Source: Orbicella franksi (lineage: Eukaryota). Taken from it: 64,000 bases of DNA. A program made the position numbers and the translations under genes. Position 1 is the first letter of the stretch, and every line of letters starts with the position of its first letter. The notes under the pieces are model-generated. The model did no database searches. It was not told the DNA's origin and saw only the letters and a program-made list of their open reading frames with translations. Shown here one piece after another: positions 33,058 through 41,528 of the stretch. The stretch lies in assembly GCA_964199315.1 (NCBI GenBank), contig OZ116712.1, positions 18,972,001 through 19,036,000 on the forward strand, read 5' to 3'.

Positions 33058-34439
33058 TACACTTGGTACACGTCGTATTGCACGGTCTTGTTGCTATTGA
33101 TCTCCAAGAGATTTTCAAATTCGGCGTAGAGGATGGCCGTGACGTTGGCACCTTGATCGGCTCCAAAGTCGAACACCAACCGCAACTCACCGCTCAGCTT
33201 GGGGTTCAACACTGGACTGTTGAGGCAACCGTTGGCGGCGTTCTCAAATACAAACAGCGTGCATCCTTTCCCTCGTCCCCAATCTTTGGCTCTCACCATG
33301 TTTCCTTTACTCTTGCACAAACTTCCCGTGGCTTGTAGAAATTGTCTATAGCCTCTCATGTCTCTGCTTCCATTGGTATGGAGCAATTCCAAGACTTCAT
33401 AGGGATAGGCTTCTCCTCTCACCAATTGTTTGATGCTGGTCAGATTAAATTGCTGGAAGGTGAAGGGATACTCATCGTCGGCCCCGTTGAAGGCTGTGGA
33501 AGCCACCAATCCCACCACCAGCATGTTGGGTAGCCGGTTCTGGAACGGATTGGTGATTTCATAGTGTAACTCGTTTTGCGTGATGTTGTAGGTCCGGATC
33601 TCGCTTCTGACCGTGGGATAGCTTACCACATTTCTTCCACTACCCATATCATTCATCAATTCTCGGTAGACAGACGGGTTAAGTCTGACTTGGCAAAGAT
33701 ACAGTTTCACTTTGATGTCTCGTGAATCCATACGGAAGGCCACAGCACCCTCCATTTTCCAACTCCACACAGCCGGTGAATTGAAGTACATCTGAATCCC
33801 AATCTGCACATTGGGTATCAAGAGTTTGCTGAGGTGAAACACTTCAATGTGGGGAACGAAACTGTAAACGCGCGTCTGACTGTCCGTGCCAGTGGCTTGG
33901 GCTCGGAGTTCACGCACCAGGTCTTGTCTATCCGGGGGTAAAGCTCTGAAATCGGCATGTGCCAGATTCAGTTGAGTGGCTGTCAAAGTATCGGGCACAT
34001 CGACCTGATTGAACCAGCCTTGAGGTCTCAAAATGGTGTCTCCATCGTCTCTGTCAAAATTCAGTAAGGTTTCGATGTAGGCTTTGTAATGGTAGGTGTC
34101 CGTCTGAGGACTGATGAGCGTCCCATTGAGTCGCACACTGATCTGTTTGAACAGGGAGTGGGCAATGTTGTTGACCAAAAAGGTGTTTTCGGCGGCCACG
34201 GCATCACCTCCCGCTGCTTTCTGCAATTTCCATTCCAGTTCGAAGTAACTGCGTGACAAATCGATGTAATCTTCTTGAGGATCGATCTGAAAATCGATGG
34301 GGTTGATGCCCGTGGTGAAAGGATGTACGGGTACCATCCGATAACTCGAGATACTCAGATCCGTGGGCGGCACCCGAAACAAATTCAACATGGGGTTCTT
34401 GACCCCCGCCGAACCAGGGAGAGGGACAATGTCCGTCAT
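33057..34439 (-). CDS. Major capsid protein (double jelly-roll, 460 aa)
   Basis: YIDLSRSYFEL, NNIAHSLFKQI..NG, YHYKAYIETLL and LPNMLVVGLV..FNG..PF.FQ.FNL, typical of Polinton MCP. Sits next to the protease. Confidence 0.92.
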   Translation of the reverse strand: MTDIVPLPGSAGVKNPMLNLFRVPPTDLSISSYRMVPVHPFTTGINPIDFQIDPQEDYIDLSRSYFELEWKLQKAAGGDAVAAENTFLVNNIAHSLFKQISVRLNGTLISPQTDTYHYKAYIETLLNFDRDDGDTILRPQGWFNQVDVPDTLTATQLNLAHADFRALPPDRQDLVRELRAQATGTDSQTRVYSFVPHIEVFHLSKLLIPNVQIGIQMYFNSPAVWSWKMEGAVAFRMDSRDIKVKLYLCQVRLNPSVYRELMNDMGSGRNVVSYPTVRSEIRTYNITQNELHYEITNPFQNRLPNMLVVGLVASTAFNGADDEYPFTFQQFNLTSIKQLVRGEAYPYEVLELLHTNGSRDMRGYRQFLQATGSLCKSKGNMVRAKDWGRGKGCTLFVFENAANGCLNSPVLNPKLSGELRLVFDFGADQGANVTAILYAEFENLLEINSNKTVQYDVYQV

Positions 34440-34624
34440 CGTCGTCGTTTAGGTCCTCGTCGGTGTCTTCTCTTGAGAGCGCTCCGCACCCAAGTGGGGT
34501 CTAGACCTCGTCTGCGGTGGGGTAAGAAGGTACCCCCTTTTTGTAGTCTTCTGCCTCGCGTCAACTCACTGACAATGGGTGGAATGCGTCGAACGCGTCT
34601 CGAATAAATGGGATTCATATTCAT
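34436..34624 (-). CDS. Small Arg-rich core-type protein (62 aa)
   Basis: LQKGG motif and ATGA overlaps at both ends. Confidence 0.65.
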   Translation of the reverse strand: MNMNPIYSRRVRRIPPIVSELTRGRRLQKGGTFLPHRRRGLDPTWVRSALKRRHRRGPKRRR

Positions 34625-34872
34625 TTTCCAAAAATGTCGTCCAACTTGCGTTTGGCCGCTCGGTTGATTTCGCTCAAGGCTTTGCGTTTAATGGCTCGTC
34701 TCCCGCCGGACTTCACGCCTCGAATACCACCTGCAATGTTAGGTAATCCCATGGGTCCACCCTTTTTTAAACCTTGCCATCCTTCTCGTAAACTGGATCC
34801 CGAAAAGTCTCGCAAGAAACCTCGTCCCATTTGACCGTCGGGTTTGAAACGCGTCAAAGCGCCGCCTCTCAT
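34621..34872 (-). CDS. Small basic core-type protein (83 aa)
   Basis: MRGG, QMGRG, and ATGA overlaps at both ends. Confidence 0.65.
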   Translation of the reverse strand: MRGGALTRFKPDGQMGRGFLRDFSGSSLREGWQGLKKGGPMGLPNIAGGIRGVKSGGRRAIKRKALSEINRAAKRKLDDIFGK

Positions 34873-35894
34873 TCTTGTTTGAAGTGTAGCGTGACGATGG
34901 TATTGCCTGCTCCGAATTTCGTCAATTCCCCAGTGGTCTCCGCGACTTGTGTCTCGATAATGTCGATGTAATCTTTGCGTACCGGAATATATTGAACATG
35001 GAGGGGTTCAAAATACTGGAAGCCTTTGCCTTCTCGTTGGTAATTGACTTCTCGTAACAGATCCGTGACTTGATTCCCCACCACCCCGCTGGTCCCCACA
35101 TCCGAATACACCATCAGCGAACGCGAGGTGGAGCCCGTCACGTTCTTGAACGAGGTGTTGAGGTTGATGAACCGCCAGTTAAGGAAGGTGGTCAACTTCA
35201 CTCTCTTGCCATTTCCGTGCAATTCCCAATAGGGTTCACCTGTTCTGGGGTTGATGTCAGCGGCCGCTGGCACTTTCAGTTCTTCGGTGTTCAGTTCCAT
35301 GGACAGATTGGGACCAATCTCCACATTACTACCATTCTTCTTGAACCATCCCATGTCAATACCCAGTTCCAGGTTGACATAGAATTGGGGGTAAGAATGA
35401 CCATTGTAGAGCCTCCTGTGGATATCCGTGTTATCGAAGACAAAATCGTCGCCTTCGAATCGGAAATTCAACAGATTGCTTTTCTTGGTGGTTGGATCCG
35501 AGAAGAGGTAACCCGCTCGAAGCCTCTTTTCTATCACGGTTGTGTCAAAAAAGGTCTTGACGGTCTTCATGAACTCCACTCCTGTCAGATTCGACAAATC
35601 GTCCGCGCGAAGGTGTTCGGGCTTGAAATCACCCCCATCGATATTGTGTCGATTTAGCAATTGTATGGTGTCTCTCACATACCAATACCCTTCAAACATG
35701 ACCTCGTCCCCTTGCAACAAGGGAGGGACTTGACTCTTGGGGTCTGGTAACGAGATACTGCTGAGACCCACTTTCCAATTGGCGCCTTCCATTTTCAAAG
35801 GATGAGGGAGTCGAATCTTGAAATGATTGGATTTGTTCTCGGGATACTCGGTCTTGCTACTGTGGCTCGGTAGACTCACGTAAAAATCCGTCAT
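34869..35894 (-). CDS. Minor capsid protein/penton, copy A (341 aa)
   Basis: FYVSLPS.SS..YPEN....F...L....W.VGL and LMVYSD..VGNQVTDLLREV..Y.PV....IETQV....G..F....VTLHF. Confidence 0.9.
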   Translation of the reverse strand: MTDFYVSLPSHSSKTEYPENKSNHFKIRLPHPLKMEGANWKVGLSSISLPDPKSQVPPLLQGDEVMFEGYWYVRDTIQLLNRHNIDGGDFKPEHLRADDLSNLTGVEFMKTVKTFFDTTVIEKRLRAGYLFSDPTTKKSNLLNFRFEGDDFVFDNTDIHRRLYNGHSYPQFYVNLELGIDMGWFKKNGSNVEIGPNLSMELNTEELKVPAAADINPRTGEPYWELHGNGKRVKLTTFLNWRFINLNTSFKNVTGSTSRSLMVYSDVGTSGVVGNQVTDLLREVNYQREGKGFQYFEPLHVQYIPVRKDYIDIIETQVAETTGELTKFGAGNTIVTLHFKQE

Positions 35895-36972
35895 GTTTAA
35901 AATGCAAAGTGACCGTCGTCACTCCCTCAGGAAAGTTCACCAATGCTCCGTCGTTCTCGGCCACCTGCGTCTCGATAATGTCAAACACGTCGCTGCGCAC
36001 CGGTAAATATTGGATGTGGTGGGGTTCAAAGGTCATGCGGTTCGGATCGTGCGGCACTTCTCTCAAGAGATCGGTGACTTGATTCCCCATGACGGTACTT
36101 TGCGCCACGTTGCAATAGACATACAGGGGAGTTCGAAGCGTCTCAGGGACAGTCACGTTACCACCATAGTGCTGATCGTAGAGCTCGTCCAGATAGTCGA
36201 AGCGCCAATTGCAGTAGGGACTGAGCTGTAAGGATCCATCGTCCGTGATGTTCCAAAAATTCGTGGAATGAGCGTTGCCTTGATCCTTCCAATCGAGTTT
36301 GAAAGTGGGTACCACATCGTCTTTGAAGTATTTAATCACGTGATGACTCAATTTGTAATCGGCAATGCCCGTCTTTTCCACCCACATGAGTTTCCTGACC
36401 AATTCAGGACCAAACCAGATTTTAGGACGCAATCGCACTGTGTCACTAGGATTTTCATTGAGGAAGGTATCGCTCTTGTCGATGATTAAGGAATCCCCTT
36501 CCCAACGAAAGACAACGTAGTACTTCTTCCCGTCAGGAGTGCGTAGACTTTCTTTTTCTTTTTCCATGAAGTGCGTCAGACGATCTTGGTAACGCGCCAC
36601 CAAGTATTTCATGAGCGATTTCCCACTCGTGACTTTGACTCGGTCCTCGTGCAGATCAGACCCCTTGACGGTAAAAGTGTTACGGTAGGCATTAGGAATC
36701 CATCTACCATCGGACAAAAGTATGAAACTTTCCATACTCCATTTAAATTGTATCAGTATCTCATCGTCTTCGAAGAGGTGGGGTCGATGCGTCGACTGTT
36801 CATAACGTCGTAAAGGTGGGGGTGGGTAAGAAATACTGCTCAAACCCACTTTCCAGCCTTCCTCTTTCAATTGGATCTGGTAAGGCAAACGGTTCTTGAA
36901 ACTGTTGGGATTATTGAAGGGGAATTCCGTGGTACTGGAACCGCTGATCAATTGGACGTAAAACTCCTTCAT
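35857..36972 (-). CDS. Minor capsid protein/penton, copy B (371 aa)
   Basis: Same N- and C-terminal penton motifs as copy A, with a different central insert. Confidence 0.9.
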   Translation of the reverse strand: MKEFYVQLISGSSTTEFPFNNPNSFKNRLPYQIQLKEEGWKVGLSSISYPPPPLRRYEQSTHRPHLFEDDEILIQFKWSMESFILLSDGRWIPNAYRNTFTVKGSDLHEDRVKVTSGKSLMKYLVARYQDRLTHFMEKEKESLRTPDGKKYYVVFRWEGDSLIIDKSDTFLNENPSDTVRLRPKIWFGPELVRKLMWVEKTGIADYKLSHHVIKYFKDDVVPTFKLDWKDQGNAHSTNFWNITDDGSLQLSPYCNWRFDYLDELYDQHYGGNVTVPETLRTPLYVYCNVAQSTVMGNQVTDLLREVPHDPNRMTFEPHHIQYLPVRSDVFDIIETQVAENDGALVNFPEGVTTVTLHFKHDGFLRESTEPQ

Positions 36973-38051
36973 CTCGTCTTGACCAAGGCTCCTTTCTCAA
37001 TCCACGTGTCGTATTTGTTTGGCCACCCTTTCCACCGAACCAAGACTTTATTCCCTTTGCGTTTGACGATCTTTTCCACACGAAACAGATCGTCGCTCTT
37101 CACCGTCACTTTCTGCAAATCCTGCGCGTAAAACGTACCACTCAAAGGCGTACCGTCCCACTCCTTGATCTTATAGGTAGGTATCACACCCGACACCACA
37201 CGTGCCACCACAAACACTTCTTCGGTCCAACCGGGTAAATACCCTTTCTTGAACAGGCGGTATTTCTTATTCAATCGCACCCGATCCCCCACTTTCAACT
37301 CGGGCCGTACGCGTTTGGCTTGCAGACGATCCGCGTACAGCGTCTTCCACACTTGCTCTTCGTTCCCCAGGTCGACTTTCTCGGGTGCCATCTTGATACT
37401 GCGGTGGTAGGAACGGTTGTATCCCGTCACCAAATCCTTCAAGACGGGTAAATAACTGAACGTGTTCTTGATCGTAAAATAGCGGTACATGCGTTTCTTC
37501 AACGTGCGATTGAATCGTTCGATCACACTGGCTTTGGTATCGCCGCTGGTGGAAAAATGACGAATGTCTTTTCGCGTCATCAAGGCTTGAAAGGTCCTGT
37601 TGTAAAATTCTTTCCCGTCGTCGGTCTGCAACTTGCGAGGGATCCGACCCCCACTGCGTTTCAAAATTTTTTCGAAGGCGGCTGTCACGTCCTTACCCGT
37701 CTTGGACTTGACCGGTTCCACCCAAGCGTACTTGGACAACACGTCCAACACCGTCAACAGGTACTTGTACCCTCGATTCGATTTGGCAATGTTCCCCACT
37801 TCGATGAGATCCGCCACCCATTGTTCGTCCATACCGTAGACCATGACCGGTACCGTACGAAAACGACGGCGGGTGGGTTTGTGAAGCGTGTAGCCCAAAC
37901 TGGCTTCCAACCGCTGGCGTACCGGTCCAATGGGTAAGCCTCGGGCTTTGGCGAAACGCGTCACGCCACCCAGACTTCCCGGGACACTGGGATCCTCGTA
38001 GGCCCGCAGCAAATTGGCATACCGATCCACCTTCTTCTTTTTCTTACTCAT
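36969..38051 (-). CDS. int: Retroviral-like (c-clade) integrase with C-terminal chromodomain (360 aa)
   Basis: YEDPSVPGSLGG, DDE triad (WVADL, LQTDDGKEF, IERFNRTLK), chromodomain-like VEKIV...VLVRWKGWPNKYDTWI. Confidence 0.95.
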   Translation of the reverse strand: MSKKKKKVDRYANLLRAYEDPSVPGSLGGVTRFAKARGLPIGPVRQRLEASLGYTLHKPTRRRFRTVPVMVYGMDEQWVADLIEVGNIAKSNRGYKYLLTVLDVLSKYAWVEPVKSKTGKDVTAAFEKILKRSGGRIPRKLQTDDGKEFYNRTFQALMTRKDIRHFSTSGDTKASVIERFNRTLKKRMYRYFTIKNTFSYLPVLKDLVTGYNRSYHRSIKMAPEKVDLGNEEQVWKTLYADRLQAKRVRPELKVGDRVRLNKKYRLFKKGYLPGWTEEVFVVARVVSGVIPTYKIKEWDGTPLSGTFYAQDLQKVTVKSDDLFRVEKIVKRKGNKVLVRWKGWPNKYDTWIEKGALVKTR

Positions 38052-38311
38052 AATGTCGACAATCGACACAGCGCTTGTCTAATCAGCTCGGGGTGTTTTC
38101 GTCTTATGATAGAGTACCAGACGAGTGACAGGGGTTGTCGTTTCAACCACAATATGAAGACCACGAAACGCCAGACGTTCTCTTCGACATGCGTCTCCAA
38201 AAACACCTGTTCGGGGTCAAACGCCATCAACGAAGGAATGGGATCGTTCCTTTCATACTGGGCATATAAAAGCTCGCAGCGCTCGCACAGACTATACCAC
38301 GCACTCGCCAT
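38048..38311 (-). CDS. Hypothetical protein (87 aa)
   Basis: ATG at 38311. Its stop overlaps the integrase ATG (ATGA). Confidence 0.6.
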   Translation of the reverse strand: MASAWYSLCERCELLYAQYERNDPIPSLMAFDPEQVFLETHVEENVWRFVVFILWLKRQPLSLVWYSIIRRKHPELIRQALCRLSTL

Positions 38312-38363
38312 GCTGACCAAAAATGATTTTTTATTTTTCACATGACTGTTCTTATACAAAAAA

Positions 38364-38436
38364 GGACTAAACCAGGATTCGAACCTGGGACCTTTGGGTT
38401 ATGAGCCCAACGCGCTAACCACTACACCATTTAGTC
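38364..38436 (-). tRNA. tRNA-Met: tRNA-Met (CAT), Maverick-encoded
   Basis: GACTAAA TG GTGT AGTGGTTA GCGC G TTGGG CTCATAA CCCAA AGGTC CCAGG TTCGAAT CCTGG TTTAGTC C. Perfect acceptor, anticodon and T stems, A/B boxes, and TTTTTT directly after. Confidence 0.93.
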
Positions 38437-39027
38437 ATCCTCGTTCATCAAACAGTGATTCAAACTATTTACTAGGTCTCTCTCCGTCATCAGTTCCACC
38501 AGTAAGTCCTCCATTTTTTCAATCAGTTCTCTGAAATACGAAGGCGTCCCCAATGAAATCGGGCGGTTCAGTTTGTCGCTCAGTCTCACAGCGATATCTC
38601 GGGCGTAGGTCAGGGGCTCCACCATCTTCTTGATCTTCTGTCTCATCATGAAGGTCAAACAAGACGTGGCCATCAGACAGAACCGGTTCTTCATTCGGGT
38701 CGGGGGAACGATGGCTGGCACAAAACGAATGACATCCAATTCCTTGATGTAGACCATGGAGTACCAATCGATGGTGAATAGAAAGGTTCGACGCACTTGA
38801 GATTTCAGTAAAGGGAGAATCTGCCATCCCCATTCAGGACGTCGACGGAGGAGTTCAGGAATGGTCCACTCGTGCTCGGGTTTACCGTAAAACAAAATGT
38901 CAAACACCAACATATCATGGACCCCTTCGTCTTCATCGAGGCAACCCAAAGGCGAGACCTGAAAGCCGCACACCGACCCGATCAATTCCACGATCTCGTT
39001 GCTGTTACTGTACAACACGGTCAACAT
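38431..39027 (-). CDS. Hypothetical protein (198 aa)
   Basis: ATG 39027 downstream of CCAAT- and TATA-like motifs (about 39060-39100). Confidence 0.7.
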   Translation of the reverse strand: MLTVLYSNSNEIVELIGSVCGFQVSPLGCLDEDEGVHDMLVFDILFYGKPEHEWTIPELLRRRPEWGWQILPLLKSQVRRTFLFTIDWYSMVYIKELDVIRFVPAIVPPTRMKNRFCLMATSCLTFMMRQKIKKMVEPLTYARDIAVRLSDKLNRPISLGTPSYFRELIEKMEDLLVELMTERDLVNSLNHCLMNEDD

Positions 39028-39128
39028 CTCGAATCAAATGATCGAAGCACTGCCACGCAAAGTTTTATAGTAAAAAAACGCCAAACGCTCATTGGTCAAT
39101 AGCACAACACACCACCCAACGTACTGAA

Positions 39129-39581
39129 TCACGAGGTAAACCAGTGTTCGTTGTCCATGGCTCTCATGAAGGTGTCAAGGGTCGCTTTCTCGTCGCCAGT
39201 CGCCTTCCACTCTTTCCACCCTGTTCGCAAACCATCCACCAGCTTAGGCAACTTGACGCGACTTCCCGCGGCATCCATCTTGTCTGCCACTTTCAAAATA
39301 CCTCCAGACAAAACGCCACGGTACTTATCCATCTTGGTCCCTATTGCAACGGCTTCCTCCAACATGATGGTATCAATGGTCTTTTTGATCAACAAAAGCA
39401 AAGCATCAGTTTCTTCTTTCTTCTCTTCTTTATTCTCTTCTTCCATCTCCATCTTCACAACCGGGATCTTGGTAGGTGGTTTGGTTTTCCTCCTTTTCTT
39501 CAAGGTGGTCTTGTCTTCAACAAGGGGAGTCTCTTCGCTGCAATCCATCGTGTCAAATGAACTCCCAACAGCCAAGCGCAT
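39129..39581 (-). CDS. Hypothetical protein (150 aa)
   Basis: Charged helical ORF downstream of a TATAAAA near 39590. Confidence 0.65.
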   Translation of the reverse strand: MRLAVGSSFDTMDCSEETPLVEDKTTLKKRRKTKPPTKIPVVKMEMEEENKEEKKEETDALLLLIKKTIDTIMLEEAVAIGTKMDKYRGVLSGGILKVADKMDAAGSRVKLPKLVDGLRTGWKEWKATGDEKATLDTFMRAMDNEHWFTS

Positions 39582-39769
39582 TTTTTATACACCCAGACCC
39601 GTCCATCAAGTAAAATTACTTTCGTGATGGAAACGTACTGCGCACGTGATGGGAAAAGTACGGACCACGTCATGGGAAAGTACTGGCTCTTGATTGGTCC
39701 AAAGTAGAACCCATAAATACAAGGATAGTCTTTGATTTCCCATCAGTCGCGATTAAGCATCGGAAGCAA

Positions 39770-40378
39770 ATGGAGCCACCGCCAACCAGTCCAGAGGAAT
39801 CCCCCACGCGCTATAGGTTACCAGACCAGGAGGAAGAGGGTAAAGGTTTGGTCGATTATAGTCTCAATCCTCATTCGCCCGCCAAATATCCCCTTCGTAC
39901 CAAGAAGAGAAAGAAAACGGACAAAAATAAGAAGAACAAGAAACTCAAACAGGAACCAGGTAAACGAGTTCATTTCCATACTAAAGTCACGGTCAAACTC
40001 ATTCAGGATAAAAGGCACTACTCCATGCAAGAAGTAGCATTAAGCTGCGAAGATGATTATCCCTTAAGAAACAGTGACTTCGCTTTAAAACGACAAGAAC
40101 AAAAACTCATCCTCAAACTTCAACACCAACGTCGCCCTTTCGGTCCTAGACGTAGGCGTATACTCGAGCGGTTAGAAAAAGAAAATAACTTGTCCTCTGT
40201 TTCTCAGACACAGACAAACTCCCCGCCATCCACACCTTCTGGGAAGTCAAAGAAGAAGACAAGCCCAACGAATTTGATCCCGACGCTTTCCTCGATGGTA
40301 TGCAACAAGCCTGGAACTACAGGAACCCTTCACCACCCCACACCCTTCCTTGCCCTAGACACCCCAAGCAAGAATTAA
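39770..40378 (+). CDS. Basic low-complexity protein (202 aa, unspliced reading)
   Basis: ATG 39770, Lys/Arg clusters. Confidence 0.6.
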   Translation: MEPPPTSPEESPTRYRLPDQEEEGKGLVDYSLNPHSPAKYPLRTKKRKKTDKNKKNKKLKQEPGKRVHFHTKVTVKLIQDKRHYSMQEVALSCEDDYPLRNSDFALKRQEQKLILKLQHQRRPFGPRRRRILERLEKENNLSSVSQTQTNSPPSTPSGKSKKKTSPTNLIPTLSSMVCNKPGTTGTLHHPTPFLALDTPSKN

Positions 40379-40938
40379 AGAAGCGGGAGACCACCACGGC
40401 CTACGGACCTTGGTCCTATTACAAATGCCCTGTGCCCGAATGTTTTGCTTGTGTAGGCACTGACAACATCCAATGTTATGTGACTTCAGGCCAACGTATG
40501 TTGAACGACTACTATGTCCAACTACCCGTGGAAAAAATGAAATGCTATTGTGAAAGACCTCTCATCATGAGCATGTCCAAATCAAAAAAGAACCCGGGCA
40601 AGTTTTACTTCAGGTGTGTCAGGCGCCAATGCGACCTCTTTCAATGGGCTGATGAATATCCTCAAAACAAGGTCAGAATCTGGCTAGAAGAGGGTCGAAA
40701 AGTTTGGTTGGAACCCCACTCCCTTCAACCCACCATACCAAGTCTACATCCACTTGAATTGAAGTGGCCCAGAGCTGATTTGAGCCCGCGGACCAAGTTC
40801 AACCTAGACCGACTACTCCGAGAGAACTCACCCCGACGATTTCATGACCAGTACCTCTACGACGAATTCACCCCCAAAGAACGTTTGTACCTGGAACAAA
40901 GAGGTTTACCTCCTCCATCTATAACAGACAGCGCATAA
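40300..40938 (+). CDS. GRF-type zinc-finger protein (probably spliced to 39770-39959)
   Basis: CYCERPLIMSMSKSKKNPGKFYFRCVRRQCDLFQWAD fits the zf-GRF consensus. A second CPRH..YYKCPVPEC finger lies upstream. Frame open from 40189. Confidence 0.82.
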   Translation: MQQAWNYRNPSPPHTLPCPRHPKQELKKRETTTAYGPWSYYKCPVPECFACVGTDNIQCYVTSGQRMLNDYYVQLPVEKMKCYCERPLIMSMSKSKKNPGKFYFRCVRRQCDLFQWADEYPQNKVRIWLEEGRKVWLEPHSLQPTIPSLHPLELKWPRADLSPRTKFNLDRLLRENSPRRFHDQYLYDEFTPKERLYLEQRGLPPPSITDSA

Positions 40939-40960
40939 AAAAATTCATTCAGTTTCAAAC

Positions 40961-41497
40961 ATGGAAGGGTGTCAGCACAAACTTTGCTTCATTTTGGATT
41001 TAGAAGGTTTTTTCATCAACAAGACCTTTCAAGTCAGAGAACTGGGTTATTACACTTGGAACCGAGAACATGGTAGACACGCCTTCAGCATCCCCATCCC
41101 TTACAAAGCATTGAGCGACAAAGACAAACGAACCGTGCATTTCGTGATAAAGAAGATCCACGGATTGAGCTATCAACCCCTCAAGGCTGAATACTACCAC
41201 AAACCCGAAGAACTCAAAGACATTGTCCTGAACCTCTACGCCAGGTACAAACAAGGGCAGAGAACCGTGGTGGGTTACAAGGGAGGACACGTGGAAAAAC
41301 ATTTGTTAAAGGCACTGAACATTCCCTCGATCGATCTCGAAACATTGGGTTGTCCCAAATACGACAAACTCAGACACATTATTTCAAACGAACGTTTATT
41401 ACCTAGTTGTGGATTTCACACAGATGAGAGCATACATCATTGTCCAGTCACAGAATGTCACGCTTTCTGGTTTTGGTTGACAAACATTGTTCAATAA
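40961..41497 (+). CDS. DnaQ/DEDD-like nuclease with C-terminal Cys/His cluster (178 aa)
   Basis: ILDLEGF..VRELG (ExoI), IHGL, CGFH..HHCPVTEC. Confidence 0.7.
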   Translation: MEGCQHKLCFILDLEGFFINKTFQVRELGYYTWNREHGRHAFSIPIPYKALSDKDKRTVHFVIKKIHGLSYQPLKAEYYHKPEELKDIVLNLYARYKQGQRTVVGYKGGHVEKHLLKALNIPSIDLETLGCPKYDKLRHIISNERLLPSCGFHTDESIHHCPVTECHAFWFWLTNIVQ

Positions 41498-41528
41498 AAA
41501 AAAGTTTTTTTCACACATTTTGTCTCTT

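Noticed and set aside
27132-38311. Operon-like packing as evidence of bacterial or phage contamination
   Set aside because: The genes are Maverick hallmarks, and TIRs plus a 6-bp TSD join the element to animal sequence on both sides.
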